Counted from the first letter of the stretch, positions 32,100-47,361 are shown. The stretch: DNA of 64,000 nucleotides from Spironucleus salmonicida (GCF_000497125.1 NC_090597.1:1-64000), one strand, 5' to 3'. Program-made: numbers and translations. The notes: a model not told the origin generated them from the letters alone.

Positions 32100-35000
32100 A
32101 AAACCTGCATACTATTATCGAGATAATATGACATATGTAAGTATTATTCTTGTTATTCGCGATTTGAATTTGAATTTCGCAATTATCGTAAGACTATGAA
32201 AAACGCAAACCTGGTTCTAAGTGTACTGATAGCCTTGCCAAGCCTGATCAATACACCTCTAACTACAAAACTGATCCAAATGTGAGATTATATATTTTTC
32301 TTCCTTCGCTACTGCTGACAGTTCTATCTGTCCAGCCTACTTACTGGTACTTGTATACAAAGATAAACTGCGTGTTGCTTGGTATTCTAGGTGATTGTAC
32401 TTGTATAGTTGATATGATTTCTTATTATTCGCCCAATTAGCTTTGTACTCGACAATGTATTATCAGTCAGTTCCGCTCTAACCAACTTTATTGGCATGGC
32501 CCTTGGAGTCCATACTTCCAGCTGCTCCTTGCATGACAAAATTTTATTTATTTCCTCTTTCGTAGTAGCTAATATTCATATATATTTATGGTCAATATGC
32601 TTCTTTATAGATCTAATATTTCTTGGCACAGTATCTTGTACCGCTAGATACTGCTCGAGGAAAGCTGACAACCAATAGACACGCACTACCACCATACGGC
32701 AGCGAAATTATATATTTCCTCGCTTTGAGATGCCAGTCGAGAGTCTGTGTATGCGCCTCTTTACACAATCCTCTATCCTGATAATTTGCAAGCTTGCAGG
32801 CTGTGCAGTCGCAACACTGAAGAGCTAGATCTTATTCTACGCTAACATACAATATAAATTGGTATAGTAACATGCTACAACTCCTACGTGGCGGTTTGTG
32901 TTCAAAAACTTGAAAAGTATATGAATGCAAGTCGTTTAAAAGTTTTAAATAACATATAACTCCTCAGAAGTACTACAATATACACTACCTGCTGCCTATC
33001 TACATTTGCCATGTGTATCTTCATCTACTGCACTACTACATTATCTGCGTTGGTATTCAGCATTCCTAACCACTGTCAGCGGATGTAGTCTGTAATTTTA
33101 TTAAAAGGCCACGTGTATCTTCGGAGGAAGAAAGGCCATCTCACAACAGTCATCAGCTACCCGCTGCTCAACCCATAAGTTGTGTACTATGCATGGTATG
33201 CTGGAATTCGTTTCTACAATAATTATGGATTTCGCGCTGTCCAGTTTATTGCTGTAATATGCTTCTGCGTCACGAGGCCTCCTAACCAGATTCTCTTCCA
33301 CTATTATGGTAATTTGACTTACCTGAGTATCATCATAGTATGCCTGTAGCATTATTTCTTACTTAAGTTGTAAGTAACATAACTGCAATTAGGCGGGTGA
33401 AACTTCCTGCATCCTTTGATAACATCATTACTGATCGACCGATCGCCAAATAATAGTTTCAGATGCACTAAGTATGAATATGGTCAGGAACGTCACATGG
33501 TGCGTCTTGTATATCGGTTTTACCTCCAGAATCGAGGTACATTCCAGGAGGCGAGAATTATAGGAATTCTAATCTTCTAATAATGCGTAGCATGCTTAGT
33601 CATTATATTAACTCCTTACGCTATCGCAATACTAGCATACGGAAACAAGTTACTGTTGCTAGAAATATTTGTCTGCTCTATTAACCTACAGCTACCTATG
33701 GCAAATAGTTTACATGACTGTGTTTTAAGTATTACGAACGATATCCAGCTATTTTGATCTGTCAAAGTCATGTTACATAATCATAACACTGACGGCTAAC
33801 CCAACCTAGAAGTTATAGCCAGCCCCAGCCAAAAAATTAAAGGGACTCGATACCTTAGTAGTCCCAGGAACGAAGATCTCTGCTAATGGCGAAAACTGCA
33901 GATATAATGTGTCATCATTAATATACCATAAATCAGCTCTATGCAGTATGGTGCATTTGCAACCACTTTAATCAGCAAAATACACTATCGTGTTAAATCA
34001 CTACTCCTTCTAATTGAAATTGCAGGCACCAATATATTTAAGCTTAAATTCAGCACCACTATCCTAAATTTTTTAAATTTGCAGATGCGCTACTGGTCCA
34101 GCACAAAATTGCCATACCGCTCTGTTAATACTCCCGGAGTAGTACATGAAGCTAGACTTTCAGCACAGAAATTTCATTTTTCAAAATAACATGAACCGCA
34201 CATTTACCTATTTTGGGTATCTATATTGTACTTCAGACCGGCTTGCCGGACCAGCTGTCTTTTATCACTTGATCGGCAGTTTGAGTTAAGATGGTAAATG
34301 CGCTTGAAACGGAGCAAACTTTTTTGACGCCATAATGGAAATATGCGCCATCTTAAGACGCAAAAAGGCCAGTGCAGAAGAATGTTTAGCACACTCGACC
34401 AAGGATATTCATCATTCTAAATCGGAAACAAAGTTATGCAAATGCTGCATCCAATATTTAGCAATTGAAGTACTGGAAGCAGAGTAGTTCTTGTAAAGTG
34501 TCATTTAGCCAAAATGTTTAAAAATTATCTGAACACTGAGATGTTTTACAGAGGTTCGACCTATTCTTAAAAACTTACTTATTTAGGAATTCCTTATTTC
34601 CAGCTTAAGGAAGCCGTTCAAAATTCTAGAATATGATATATACGAAACGGTTAATATAAATAAGCAGTTATTTAGCCCACCAGTTTCCCATCCAGTGACC
34701 TCAGGCAGTAGAACAAATAAACCCTCACTTTCACTCAAGAATTATCACGTGGACGACGCCTTCCTCGATGGCCACTATAACAGCTTTGAGTCGTGTGAAC
34801 GTTTCCAGTAAGTTCCTTTGGATTCGTAAATAGTCTCGAAACAATCCTCCTTAAAAGATGTTCTCTACCTTCTCGTAATAGACATTTAGTATTAATATTT
34901 TACGTTAAATGCAAAAAATCCATCATCAAATTATAGTAACGCGCATGCTGCATCAAAAACTTTGTCTTCCTTCTTTTGCAGGAATTCGATATCGCGCTCG

Positions 35001-36170
35001 GAGAGTTTGCTTTTATACGTTTCGATTGCACTTTTGCACAAAATTTCGTATTACGATTCAGTGTATTCAACCTCAATTTCTGACTGACTGAAAGCTGGAG
35101 GATTGAACTGCTCATGATCAGTGGTGAGCTTGCAGACTATTAACGTTTAATCTACAACCTACACTGGGAACAGATGTAGGCGTGAAAAGTATGTGAAAAT
35201 GTCAGTAGCACCAATGTCAGCTTCGACCTCTTGGTATCCTTGATAGCCTAGTCGCTAAAGAAGGTTTTGTAAGTCACCTTGCTTTTGTCTGTACAAGAGT
35301 TTACTATTTTGGCGAGCTCTTTAAGAATCAGTGGTGGTAGCGTATGTTTTCTGTCCTAGAGGAATTCAGTAAATTTGGGACCCAGTCGTGAGTCTGTAGA
35401 TGAATGCAGGTCCTGGCTTCTTCTACTTTCTCCTGAATATCACCTAATGGCTAAACAGATATTTATACTCCTCAATAAACTAGTGCACGTCTATCTGACA
35501 AGTCTATCTGTACAAATTTGTCATTTGACTCGAGTGAGCCTTGGAACTTTCTTAGATTATAAATATTTTAAGACCATCTTTTAGTCTTTAAACGCGTCTT
35601 AGATAGCTTGACCTTCCTTTAAGACAACATAAACCTGCTTCTACGTGTGATCCATGAATACGTTATTCAAGATAATTTTTAGTTTTTCGTATGCATAGTC
35701 TTACACAGCGAAATATGTTCTTTCTTCCTTGACACGTAAATCAGTGTTCTCTTCTATAAGTTTATCTTACTACTTTTTCCGGTTCTATTATTATGTTGCA
35801 TCTTTGCATTTTTGCTTTGTTTAGCTAAAGCTAATTGGCTTGCTTCATTCTCTTTGATAATTTCGCTCAGTTTTTCAGTTAGGGATTTATATTCCTCCTT
35901 AGAGCCACTAAACCCACCAATCTAACCAACTTTAGTCAATAGTATATCTTATTTTTGGATCTATTGTTCTGCATATGCGTATTTCTTTTCTGCCTGCTTC
36001 ACCATAGCAGTTACTTTTGCAACGGTCTCAGTTTTTGCGTTTTATTTAGATTCCACATCTAAGAGTTAAGCTTTCAGCTTTTCCACATTCACAGTAGCCT
36101 TTTCAAGGTCAACATATACTTGTTTTCCTCTTCCTTTAATAGCTTCTGAGCCTGCAACTCTCCTTCTTTT
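32100..36170 (-). other. Degenerate minus-strand coding-like region, possibly the long C-terminal extension of paralog C
   Basis: Long TGA-free stretches on the minus strand, contiguous with paralog C; no family recognised and boundaries approximate. Confidence 0.3.
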
Positions 36171-39100
36171 GTAATCTTCCGCCTTGCTTGATTAGGTCAA
36201 TTTATGGTACTTATCCCGGGTACATTGGTGGTTTAGAAGCATATGTTAACTCCAGTATCATTTGACTTATTGAAAACTGACAAATTACCATGATTACCAG
36301 ATTCTAGAAGAAAGTTGAGACTCTGAAATTGGCGTTCCTTAACAAATGCTAGTGCACTGATAGCATATCATTGTACAGTACCTCTTAGTTTGTTCTTCTG
36401 TGGTTCCGAATAACGATATCAAGTAGTCTGGCATTGCAGGAGCGGGGTTGAAAAACAAATTTGAAATTTGAGTCTTATCACAATAGTAACAATTGCTATT
36501 TTTTGATTGGGTTTTAGTAATTCATTTCCAGTAGCGTAGCATAGCAATTGGCTGCATTTGCTATTGCATGCTAAATATAGCTTTTCATGTTCCGCTTATC
36601 TGCTAACTGGAAGAATATGTCAAAGGATTGTTGTAGAAACATGAAAGTGGCACCCTAAAATAAAGTTTACAAATTGTCATAAATTGTTTTTAGGGGAGTG
36701 GTTATATCGTAGCTGGTGACATACACCGGGTTAAAGTATATTTCTAGAAACTGCTCATATTACTTAAGCTCCCTCATAAGCTTATTAAGTAGTAACATAG
36801 GACTGTCGCTATCTATATTCAAATCAGAGCTTGTACTATCTTAAGATTCAGAGCTTGTACTATCTTACGATTAGGGCAAGATAACTGCATAACAAGAAAT
36901 ATTGCCGCAGAGATTTCAGATATTTATTACTGTTTGAAGAAACACAGCATCTGATCGATGCCACTTTTTTCTCTAGAGTCTGTTTATACTACATCCGATT
37001 CTAAAAGTCTTAGACTTGTCAAGAATTATTAGCTCGCTAAGAAATTTAATACGAACACCACATCTCGATTCAGCGATGAGGAAGACGTGAGATGTAAATG
37101 TTTATTAAATTCTGCAATTGACTACGCTCTAACAATACCGTTGGTCACTAATTTATTAACTAGTTAGCTCCAACTAATTACCTTATTCCATTATGAACAA
37201 TGAATTGTAAATTTACATATGAGAAGAAATCTAATTCAAAGGAATAGACTTTTAATTAATAGTTAACTAGAATTATTGTGTAGAATTGAAAAAGTACGTA
37301 TTTGCACCCTCATTAATAATTATCTATGGGCACACAAGGGGCATAGGAACTGCAGCTCTGCGGCTAGCTCTGGCATCATCGTGAGGTAGAAGTCCTTGAT
37401 GCTCATATTTTTACCTTATCTTTTACCTATTATATCATAGAATCGTCAGTTTAGGTGTAATTCGCATATCCTGTAGTAGCTTTAGGTCAGACAAGAAGGG
37501 TGCATTAGGAGGTCCCAGGATATTAGATTGAGTATATTGAACTTAGCCTCTACTGCTTTCAGAAGTATAAATAAATTAATTTTATCTAATGGAGTTTATA
37601 AGTGCTAGATCGGTCCCAGCTGACAAAAAGTTACAGTTACCATGCGTTATTATTTGTATTTCTTGATAATTTAAACTAGAACTTAAGTCAAATCTTATCT
37701 AAAAAATAGAGTTTAATTACACAATAATTTATCAAACGAGTTTGAAGAATCAATAAAATAGCATAAAGTTTGTAATTAATTGAATCAATACCTGAAATCT
37801 GTGTGGCTAGTTGGTTTAATTCATTGCGTAAGATAAATTTCTCCAAAATATAGTCTCCATGCTTCTTGGATTATAGAGCATTATTAGAAAATGATATAAT
37901 TATTGCTTGAAAACAGCTCTATTTGGATATTCCTTCAAATTTATCATCATTTCAGAAAAAAATTTATGGTTAATAATTGATGTTTTTACATGAATAAAGT
38001 TTGGGGAAGAAATAACTATTAAATCTACTAAAGCAGATGCATTGTATCAATTAATAAATCATAGTAACAAAGCTATTTGAAAAAATATTCTTCAACTTAA
38101 TCAGAATCAAGTATGGATTTTATTTTTTAAGCAAGCTTTTCTTTATGTTTAGTAGACTTTAATCACATTATAATCTACAATTGTATTTTCATCCAGCCAT
38201 TTTTATATTTAGGGAACGTGTTAAGTACCTGTGGTACCTACAAGTATTTTTAAAACATATTCAATACAAGATCTAGCCTAATCAATAAACTTGTTCATAT
38301 ATTAATCAACAAGCTATACAATTATTTTTTCGACTTGATAGTAATTATCTTTCTAATGATTTAGGCATTCGTCTACTAAAACGATTACTTTTTGCGTTTT
38401 ATCATACTTCTATCCTTGAATAAATAATTTATAAGATTCTTTTAATTCTTTTAATTAGATACGATCTTTTTCATTTAATCCTTTTTCATAATAAAATTCG
38501 TAAGGTTTATTATTAGTTTAAATTCTTGTTGCTTCGCAATAAGCCGTAGAATTTATTTAAAAAAATTATCTAAAGATATATTTTTAAATGTATTAAAGTC
38601 TGTTTATCCACTAAAATATTGATCAAATGCACTTCTTATTTAATTAGTTTAAGCTTCCTATTAAAAACATTGGATATAAATATTAATTTTAGAAACCAAA
38701 TAGGATAGGTAATTGTAGCTATAAGTCCCTAGTTTAAATTAGACATAGCAATAGTTTCAATAGATATATTTGTACTAGATGCAAAGATATTCTTGAGATT
38801 ATCTCCTAAATTAATAGAACTTCTATTATATAATGGTTGCAGTTATAAATCTGAATTCTAATATTAGTGTCCTATATTTATTAATATGGGAATTTGCAGC
38901 CCCGAGAACAGGTTGAAGTAGAAGATGGTGTGCAGGGTGACGGTTTTCCCGCTCCTCGAGCTCTGGCTCAGAACCGCATTATCGAGGGGGAAGAAGGCTG
39001 AGAACACCGCAAAGTACTACGCCTTGAACAGGTAGGACACGTCGCACATTTGCTGGAAGATGAACTTGTTGGTATCGTTAAATCTAATATTTTTAGTAAA

Positions 39101-39943
39101 TGCACTGGGAGCTCAAAGAAGTTTTAAAAATTTGTCGACATAACAGCATCATTGTAAATTTACTGATTAGTGTTAAGAATAGATTTACCAGCCGACTAAT
39201 AAATAGTAGCAGGATCTATAGCGTTTGAATATAACATTTGCTGATAAATAAGGTAAGCACTATATCCAAATATCATGGGCAGTAGATGCGCATATATTTT
39301 AAACTTATGTAATGCTATACCAATTATTTGCAGGATAGCCTATTTCTCGACAATGCTAAAGTTAGATGGTATTTTAAACTGGGCTAAGTTAGTTTGTAGT
39401 CTTCGACTTAGTTATCTTTTTCATTCTAATCTTACTACTTACTTTCCTTTTTACTCACAATACAATTGGAAATAATTTAGAGTCATTGCTGAATTTTTAG
39501 AAACTATAACAATCTCGTGATCTGATTTCATGTTTCTACTTATACCTCTGCTAGTTTTTGTATTTCTTCATCGCCTATTACTTAATATGATAAAACTGAA
39601 AATCCCATTTGGATAGATAGTGAGACCAGGTTAGCCAGTAGTCAGATACTGATACACTAGGATCCTTCAGGTCATCTTGTATTATGATCAGTTGGATGTC
39701 GCTTCTGAGTAGCAGGCCTTGCCTGTGCTGCCACATGAAGAGGTGGAGTAGGCTGAGGTTCACAGTATCAATGGTTATCTTCAGGTAACGTACAGTATCG
39801 TCAACTTCGCTTATCTTAAATTAAATTCCGATAAATGAAAACACCACATCCTATTGAAGCTCCAGCAGATCTTTGTCTAGCGAGGAAAAAGTGAGCTAGG
39901 TAGGCTTAGCTTCTGCCTTGGTATTCTAGTCTTGATCGGTCAT
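36170..39943 (-). pseudogene. Divergent paralog C of the giant NTPase-like family, multiply frameshifted
   Basis: Shared blocks LLPMIFGYSAY, FIFQQMCDVSYLFKAQYFAVFS, AVLSQSSRSGKT, MMPELAAELQFLCP, LFFNP and QIDLIKQGG; in-frame TGA at 39455 and further frame breaks. Confidence 0.7.
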
Positions 39944-42900
39944 TTAAGGAGGGATAATAAAATTTATATCTAAATATTATTAATTAATTATAATATAATA
40001 TATTGTATAGAATAATATTATGCTTATTCTGGTAGTGAATATGAAAAATACCATTCACAAATAATTCAATCAAATTATGTCATAAATAATAGACATATAT
40101 CATGTATAGTGTAAGAAAACATACATAATATCTTCTTTCATCAAGTATCAGATAAACTTTTAGTTTTCATTTTATATGCTATGTCTGTGTTCATAACGTA
40201 TTGTAATATGCTACAGTAACTAAACTGATTGATAATATTGTAACTGAAATATTGTTTACCAAATCATATAGTCTAATATCACTATTATGAAATATTCTCA
40301 AATATTAAATTGAAAATGAATTACGCCAGATAAGAAGCACTATAAAATATTTTCAACACAATAATTATATTGCTTACGCAATAGTAAATTATAGAATATT
40401 ATGATTATGTAAAACAAGAGCAGAATAACTAATATTTAGTTATGGCATCGGCCAAACATAAGGTAAAATAATTTTTCACTACTCTTAAAATTTCTCCGTA
40501 TGTTTCAACATTTATATATATTCTCATTTACTGGATAAAAAGTATTTCCTGCTCTCAAATAGTATTATTATTTAGATTATTCTAAAGTTTTTTGAGTAAA
40601 TTTAGCTCTAACACCCTGAGATAAATTTAAGCATATTATTAAAGCAATATTAGAGTGAAATAACTTCATAAATATTATTAAAATGATTATTTTTATTATA
40701 TTAGATTTGTTTAGATTCAAATAGACTATAATTAGAAATATATTATGATAAGTATGTGCAATATTATTTCTTATCTCATACTAACTTTGTTACTTATATA
40801 AAATATTATATTCAATATAGATTATATTAATATAAACATCATAACTTGTGTTTCTGGTGAATTTCTCGTTACTTTTCATTATAATGTGATCCGATATTCA
40901 GCGAACATTTACCAGTTATGATAATAAGCTAATTATTAATTAATTAATTAATTAACAATATTCACTGTAATATCTACCTTCTACTATTTCTAGACTGTTT
41001 ATGCATGTTATTGGCCAGTTTTCATCCTGGAAGAATCAATAAGGACTATCATATGGTATCATTTTTCTCATCTTGTATGACTTTATTTTTTATAGTTACT
41101 GGGAATATATAGACCATAGAAGTCTCCTTTAGATCAATTTTTTCAGAATAATGTATGAAAATTATTATCCACCACTGCTTATTTTCCCCTTAGAAAAAAG
41201 CATAATGCATTATGAAAGTATCTTTAAATTAAACAGATGTATCAATATATTATGAATCGATAAGAGCTATCTGGTTATTGTATGCCTTGATTATTAAAGA
41301 ATTAGATATTTTTAAATAATTTAAATATATTACTATTTAATTTTAATAATATATCTACGTTTCGTTTTCATTAATTTTGAATTATATTTATTTAAATATA
41401 ATATATATTCAATAATAATATTTAAAAATAATAATTAAGTATAACTCAAAACAATATTTAATTAACTTCAATGATAAAATAACCTAAATTTAATAAAGAT
41501 TAAAACCACATTAATTTAGCATAACAATTTAAATTAAAGTTCTTGTTATATATTAGCAATAACCATATTTTCAAGATGTTAATTTATAAAAGCCTAATTG
41601 AAAAAATTATAATTTATATTGTTGTTTATGGGTCTCAAACTGTGATAATAATTGATACTTAGTATTTGTAATATTTATATTTTATCAATATATTTTACTA
41701 TTATCAATTATAATGTTTACTAATAATATTTCAATATTTTCAATTACTAATTAACATTTGATTCGTTTACAACTACATTTTAATCAAGAAAAGAATCTTT
41801 AACTCTATATTCTGCTATCTATATTCCCTGCTTAAATATATATTAAAAAACTAGGAATTCTTATTACAATCACTCAAAAAAGATTAGCATCATATTTGAT
41901 TTTTAAATCAATCATAGTAAACAATAACATTTAATATTAAATATAAATATTATTTTTTTTAACATTTTAAAACTTATTGTTTATTTACTTGTTTAAAATA
42001 TAAAATTTACTATTCATATACATGTTTATACATAAAATAAGTAATACTTTAACTATCTTAATACATACGATCTTAGTATAATTAGTACTGTTATTCATCT
42101 TATTTAGCTAATTTTTCATTTTCCAAAATTATAATCATTTATTCACTCATTCTTATATATTTTATTACATATAATTACTAAATATAAACACTTATACCAG
42201 TCATGTAAATTCAATAAATGTAAACTGAGCTGTTTTTCTATTCTGTATTGCTCTAAAAATCTTGTGTTAATTGAAATAATTAGCCTCATCACTATGGATA
42301 TTATGTATATATATGTAAATATCCAATACTTTGTCTAAATTATATATGTTAACAACTTTGTCATATCGAAAAACTAACCATTCCATGAACTGTCACCACA
42401 GAGTTGATCTGTAAAGTAATATTATCTCTGGGACTACTGATAATGTAGATATATTTGGATATAATGGATTGTGATGGAACGTTTTCAAACATAATTGATG
42501 TGGATATAGTAGCTCTGATTAGTGTAATATCCAAAATTGTTATCATAAGAAGAGTAGCCATATCTTTTGGTTTGGGCCATATAATAAATTATTAGAATTA
42601 AATGCTATATGTACTTAATGACATTATACCTGCACCAAATTGAATTTCTAATTTCCGTCCGTTTTAAGATGAATTGGATCTATATTAGAAGTAAAAATGT
42701 TTTGCTTCTTTTCCAAAAAAATGTAGTAGTATGTATTTAGTACGTATTACATACTACTAATATATTTATAATACTAATAAAGTTTTTCTTTTTATTTGTT
42801 CAAGAAAAAATAATATTACTTATACAACATCATACGGCTTATAAATGTGGTTGTCTTGCTTGAGATAACAATCATAATGTATGTTATGATATAGACTTAT

Positions 42901-43075
42901 ATTTTAAATTAAAATATTCAATCATTAGTTAGCAAAACGCATCTGATTATTCAAAAATAATGTGAATATTATTTTCATTGACATTTTATTCAGAGACCCT
43001 AGTTGATACTGAAAAAACTTGAGTATAAAAATTTGTTGAGATAGATGCTGCTTATTAGTATTAATAGAATGTTGA

Positions 43076-46012
43076 TACGTCACATATCGTGAGATTCTTA
43101 ATTTTCATAATACTTATGGTAAAATATAATATATCTTACGCATAGAACTAGAAAAATAGAGATACTGCCTAGATTGCACTCAAGGAAACTGCTTTTTGAC
43201 TGAGAATGGACCACTGTGCACGAAGTGTGCCCTGGGCCTTATTGGCATATAGTGCGACTCATGCGCTGAAGGTTTCGTGTAAGACTAGGCTAAATGCTGG
43301 CCAAAGGTGGGGCAAAACGATTGTTATCTAGATGAACTGTAAGCGCTAATCTGCGTTGGCTGTGCGGCAGACTACCTGCTCATCGGCAGTTCGTGCCTCG
43401 AAAAGTGCACGCTGCCAGAGTGCACCGGGCGCTGCTACATGCTACCAAACGACTACAAGTGCCTCGACTGCTTTCCAAATTTTGTGCTTTACGAAGAAAA
43501 GTGCTACGAGCAGGACTCGAACCCCCACGGGGTGTGTTTTACGACAGAAACCGAAAAAATCTGCTCCTGCTACGAAGGCTACAAAGGACCAACTTGCGAC
43601 GAGTGCACCGAGCTGTAGCTACGAGATTCGTGCTATATTGATGCAAATATTCCCACTGGAGACTGCTTTCAGAATGCCGCAGACCCCTCCGATCTGTTCT
43701 GCAGCGTTTGTGCTGCGAACTTCGCCCTACCGCTCTGCGACAAGTGTGCGGAGGGCTACGAGACTGATTTTTCAGGAGTCTGTTAAGGCTGCTCGTCTGG
43801 GTATTTCAGCTCAAACTTGCTCCCAGACGACCAAAAACTCTAAATTGGAGAGGAACTCTGCCTCATGGCATGCTAAAGCTGCAGCTACGGCGTCTGCTTC
43901 TACTCTGGAAGTAGGATAGTTTGCGCGAGCTGCCAGATCGGCTATAATCTACAGGATTCGTGTTAAACGTGCGATACCGGCTTTCTGAGTTTCGGAGTAT
44001 CTTGCATTTAGCAAGTTAACGAGTCCTGCGGCACAGATTGGGATGGAAATATTTACTGCTTCGAGTGTGGTAATTTGCAGCAGTCTTTTAACTGCTAGCA
44101 GTGCTCAGTTCAGTTCAATTTCCAGGGTGTTTGCAAACAGCACGCGAGCAATTTCGCCGATTCATGCGCGCTTGAGGGTTCCAATATAGTATGCGCAGAC
44201 GGAACTTGCAGGAAGTTTGACAAACTGAAAAATATGTGCGTGGAGTGCGATAGCACGTTGGTGAACATTAAGGGAAATTGTGGTGTTCTGACGGTTCCAT
44301 AGAATGGGAAGCTGCGGGGCCGGTGCATTGCGTCAGTATAGCGTTTCTGGTGCGATTAGTGCGATGAAGGATGGAGTGGAAATGTGTGCTCTGAGTGCGC
44401 GAAAGGCTACATGCCGTGCAAATGCACGAGTGGGTTATTTGCGCTCTGCTGCTGCAAAGTCGAGCTAGGGCTGAACGGCGTGTGCTATAGCAATGAGGCT
44501 GGTCGTGCAATTTGCGTTTCTTGCAGCTCTAGGTACCAACTTAGTAATTAAGAATGCGTTAAAATTGGCCTGACCAAGCAGTACGTGCTTAGTTTTTTTG
44601 TTCCTGCCTCACTAGGATTACTAATTTTACTTGCTTTAATTTTAATTATATTTTTAATTGGGAAGGAAAAGCGAAAAGATTTGTAAATTTTTGTCAAAAA
44701 GCTGGTTAAGCGCCTCGGAGTTCACCTTATATTCGTCATACTATCATAGATTTTAGCTGTCATAGTAGCTATATAGGATGTCTACATAGATGATTTTTTC
44801 ATGCAAACAGCGGTTAGCATATTCTCGATGCTGCCATTTGCCTTGCTATTCGTGTTTTTAGCGCCTCCAGTATACAAGAGGTACTTTTTTAACATGGCGT
44901 CTCATTTTTATTTGTTTATTCTGGCAGCTGCTATCTAGGTTTCGTTTAATGCTGTTTAGTACCTAGCTGTAACAGATATTGTCTAAGACTTTGGAGAACA
45001 GATCTATAAACTAGCAGGTCCCCCAATAACGCTATTATTGTGCATATTTCTAGCAAGATTCAGATTCAAACCCCAACAGAAGCTAGCCCTGTTCATAGGC
45101 TTAGGGCTTCCGCTAGCAACATAAATATATTATGCGATCTAGGATTCTATGGCAGCTGGGTACTTTACTGGCTCCTCGGCAGGAAATGCTATCATAGGCC
45201 AAGCTATGGTTCTTCTAGCTATAATATTAAGCGGTACGTAATTTTATGTATTTGATTTGATTCTCGGACGATATGGCGAGGTTGGCGCTATTTACAGAAT
45301 TTCGCTTTCGTCTTTCTGCATTAATGCAGTCGTTGGATTGTTATACCCTGGTGAAATATTAACTGCGATTCTTTAGTATGACATATTTTTCTCCAGCTTG
45401 CTCACCTAAATGTTATTTAACGTTGTCAATATTATAGTAATGATGCGAATATCGGCAGTTGAGTTTTCGATAAACCTAATCTCATCAGCAATTTGGGCAC
45501 AGTTTATAGCAGCGGTAGGGGATTATTATTATTCATAAAATAATAACTACCTCAGTACGCCCATTCATGTTATTCTCCAAACTTTTGCTTTAGTTATTGT
45601 TTTTGTTAGTTTAACCTACTTTAATATCAGAAGCTCTTACTGGTATCATAGAAAGAATGTGAGGTAGGCAAAAGAGCTAGAAACTGAAGTCAGTGGAGTT
45701 ATTCCGTTCATTAAAACCGCAATACTGAAGAAAAAGGCTCGATCATAGACGGAATCTGACTAATTTAATGATAACGTGGAAAGCTCCACATCCTAGACGA
45801 GACGAAACATAATGAATCTCGATGGAAATTTGCCAAGGAAAGGTACAAGGAAACCATTTATTAGCAGCAAAAACAACGTATTAGATAGCAATCAACTTTT
45901 TGGAACAAAATAATACAAATCTCAACAAAATTCACAGAACTCGCTTACTGGTATAGATTCAAAGCTTTAGCTGGCTTCCTTTGAGATACGATCGCCAAAT
46001 CCTGTGGAGTGA
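43076..46012 (+). CDS. Cysteine-rich (CxxC/EGF-like) ectodomain + TM helix + ~10-TM SLC35F/DMT-like transporter domain + cytosolic tail (~980 codons open; start uncertain)
   Basis: A single frame is open from 43076 to GAG TGA at 46012; the first in-frame ATG is at ~43439. About 470 aa of CxxC repeats precede hydrophobic helices with SLC35F-like spacing. Confidence 0.8.
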
Positions 46013-46701
46013 CAAATTCGTATCGTAAATCTCTTATCCACATAAATGCATTTTCAATATAAAGTGTATATTATATAATGATAGTATTAATTTAATTGAA
46101 TAATATATTAATGATATTAAATTCATTTTGTTATTTTCCCTTCTTACTTGTAGTTATGATTTATGATATTAAATAGTTAGTTCTATATAATATTATACTT
46201 TATTTGTTATTCATAGTATAAATTATTTAATAGAGTAGAATTCATATATTCTAAGTTATAATTATGATAACATTATTTTATTACAAATAGAAGTTACTAA
46301 TTTTTGCTATGCACAGTAGTTTGATATTATATGAAAAGTGTTAAGAAAATAGTAAAATCAATATAATATGTCAATATCTGTTTTATATAATTTTAAATAA
46401 AATTAGCTGCTATTATAACTATTTGCAGATAACTGAAATCTTTAAATTACTGAGTACCTTTCAAAAGATTTTCTATTTTTTACATTAAGCTATCTTTATA
46501 TGTGATATTAAAGTAAGTAATTATTGTCTTATACATTAAATTGTATAGTTAGATAATTTATTAATATAGTACCTAAACAATTTATTTTTAGGTTTTGGAC
46601 CAACTTTAATAAGAAAAATATACATACTTTATAAAATTTAAAAAACAGCGAGAATAGTGTTTTGGTGATTAACTAATATAATATTTATCATAATCTTCAA
46701 A

Positions 46702-47361
46702 ATGGCCCCAGATAATAGCAATAAGCAAGTAAATAACGCAGATACCAAGTGTACACGACATATCGACTGTTCTAGTTAAAAGAAAGGATATTGTGATGGA
46801 AATACCCTAACGTGCAAACCATGTTAGATGAATTGCATTGTATGTGAATCCACCGCTTCGTGCAATTCCTGTGAGCCTGCTACCCACGTAACAACAATAA
46901 CAGGTGAGTGCACCCCAATTTGTCCTGGTCTCCAATATCGTTAATTTTGTGAGAATGGAAAACCTAAAGCTTGCACAGAAGGAGCCACCTCGCCGTGTAA
47001 ATGTGGAGTAAGTAGTAACTGTGGGACCTGCACAGGTGATGTTATGCCAACATGCGCCACCTGTTTAAAAGGAATGAAGATGGACGATAACGATCGCTGT
47101 ATGGATTGTGCAGTAGGCTATAGAAAATTTGTCGGAAGGTGCTGGCCTATTGTTCCTGAGCCAGATATCCCAATTGCCCCGGTAGATCCAGAGGTCCCAG
47201 TTGTCCCAATAGTTCCAGTTGTTCCGGTGGACCCCGAAGCCCCTGCCAGCAACAAGCTAGGCGGCGGGGCGGTTACCGGAATTGTCATCGGTGTGATTCT
47301 TGTCGTTGGCGCCGTTGCTGGCGGCCTTGCCTATTATTTTATCAAGAGGGGTAAAAAGTGA
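46702..47361 (+). CDS. Cysteine-rich membrane protein (CRMP1/VSP-like), 219 aa
   Basis: CxxC repeats, Pro/Val stalk, TM GGGAVTGIVIGVILVVGAVAGGLAYYFI, basic tail KRGKK, stop within AGTGA. Confidence 0.92.

Noticed and set aside
36824-36871. 24-bp tandem direct repeat
   Set aside because: Two adjacent units with no spacer; a simple duplication inside paralog C, not CRISPR-like.
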